Shown here: piece after piece, positions 61,690 to 64,000 of the stretch
Layout of the letters: each line of letters starts with the position of its first letter
Numbering within the stretch: position 1 is the first letter of the stretch
Assembly: GCA_002269645.1 (NCBI GenBank)
Contig: NIVC01000744.1
Coordinates: 186,001-250,000, forward strand
Direction of reading: 5' to 3'
Origin: Macrostomum lignano
Lineage: Eukaryota
Length of the DNA: 64,000 nt
Position numbers and translations under genes: made by a program
The notes under the pieces: model-generated
Databases searched by the model: none
Seen by the model: only the letters and a program-made list of their open reading frames with translations
Told to the model about the DNA's origin: nothing

Positions 61690-62470
61690 CCAATCTCACT
61701 CTCCATCTTACTCCCTATCTCACTCCCTATCTCACTCTCTATCTCACTCCCGATCTCACTCCAGATTTCACTCCAGATCTCACTCCCGATCTCACTCCCG
61801 ATCTCACTCCCGATCTCACTCCCGATCTCACTCCCGATCTCACTCCCGATCTCACTCCCGATCTCACTCCCGATCTCACTCCCGATCTCACTCCCGATTT
61901 CACTCCCGATTTCACTCCCGATTTCACTCCCGATCTCACTCCCGATTTCACTCCAGATCTCACTCCCGATTTCACTCCCGATTTCACTCCCGATTTCACT
62001 CCCGATTTCACTCCCGATTTCACTCCCGATCTCACTCCCGATTTCACTCCAGATCTCACTCCCGATTTCACTCCCGATCTCACTCCCGATCTCACTCCCG
62101 ATTTCACTCCAGATCTCACTCCCGATTTCACTCCCGATTTCACTCCCGATCTCACTCCCGATTTCACTCCCGATTTCACTCCCGATCTCACTCCCGATTT
62201 CACTCCCGATTTCACTCCCGATTTCACTCCCGATCTCACTCCCGATTTCACTCCCGATTTCACTCCCTATCTCACTCTCTATCTCACTCCCGATCTCACT
62301 CCAGATCTCACTCCCGATCTCATTCCCGATCTCACTCCCGATCTCACTCCCGATTTCACTCCCGATTTCACTCCCGATCTCACTCCCGATCTCACTCCCG
62401 ATTTCACTCCCGATTTCACTCCCGATCTCACTCCCGATCTCACTCCCGATCTCACTCCCGATCTCACTCA
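61690..62470. repeat. 12-bp unit repeat (gatctcactccc)
   Basis: Nearly pure array. Confidence 0.96.
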
Positions 62471-62875
62471 CTTTTACCCTTGAGTCTTCAGTCCGCCCGT
62501 TCCCTGCTCTCTCGGCCCCAGACCAGCCTCTTCCCAAGTAAAACCGCTTAGCAAAAACCGTCTGATTCTAAATTGAAGAATTAATTGAAGAATAAATCCG
62601 GGATAAAGAGAGAAAAATAAAAAGCAAAAAATCATTTAAAATCCCAAAGGGAGGTGAAGAGAGGAGGGGCTCTGCGCTGCCGAAGCGGAAGCCCCCTCCC
62701 CAGTGTTATTGCCTCCCAGCCACGCCCACACGGCCGAGCGGATCTCGCCAGCTGTTTGACTGCCTGCTGAGAAGCTGCCGGACTTTCGCTCTCTCGGCTC
62801 TCCTGCGAGCAACAATTTTTGCCCGGCAAATCCCCGCTTGCCGCTCCTCATATTTAGGGAATGCAATTCCCCAAA

Positions 62876-63606
<731 letters not shown>

Positions 63607-64000
63607 CGAGTCCAGTTTTCAGCCCATAGCAACACGCAGGCTCCGAGCTGGATTGCCATCGCTGTCAACTTTGTCCTCCAGCCCGCCCCAACCCGAGCAA
63701 ACAGGCAAACTGCAGGCAGGGAGCTATTTTTATCCCCAAGCCACGTGGCCGCGCAGCCGCCATCCCGGTTCCTCCAGCCTTTCGAGCCCAGTCGAGGCCT
63801 CTCACTCAAGTCTCCCAGTTCCCAAGGGGTCTCCAAGGGCTTTGCCGGTTCCGCCACCTGCAGACGGACGTCAATGCGTTTCCGCCAGACTCAGAGCCTC
63901 GGCCCGAGCAGCTGTTGATGAGGCTTCATCTCATGCTGTGCTCACCTCAGGCTGGGCAAACAGACAGGCCACTGCCGGCCGCTGCAGTTTGTCAGAGCAG

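Overview
Eukaryotic (animal) genomic DNA: GC-rich spliced exons embedded in introns filled with locus-specific mini- and microsatellites. This style resembles the flatworm Macrostomum, which is inference only. Most long entries in the ORF track are artefacts of tandem repeats. Four host genes can be rebuilt by hand from GT-AG junctions and reading phase. (1) A 3-exon minus-strand gene, complement(5493..5975, 6515..7841, 8767..9485), fuses about 7 ankyrin repeats to a STE/MAP3K-like kinase (842 aa). (2) A multi-exon minus-strand TMEM268-like membrane protein gene (about 12.5-27 kb) has one unresolved junction. (3) RCC1 has 5 exons, complement(29160..33148), 492 aa. (4) A type I (EF-hand/C1) diacylglycerol kinase has 4 exons, 45834..55265, with an apparent 1-nt deletion in a C run. 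Mobile elements: a 5'-truncated Neptune-type Penelope-like retroelement with a minimal hammerhead ribozyme at its 3' end, split at the YIDD motif by a 278-bp TG..CA solo-LTR-like insert with an ATAT TSD; and a near-intact 2,983-bp Chapaev-type DNA transposon (about 132-bp TIRs, TCCT TSD, one nonsense codon) nested in a decayed THAP/P-element within the AT-rich spacer between RCC1 and DGK. No tRNA, rRNA or CRISPR features were recognised.
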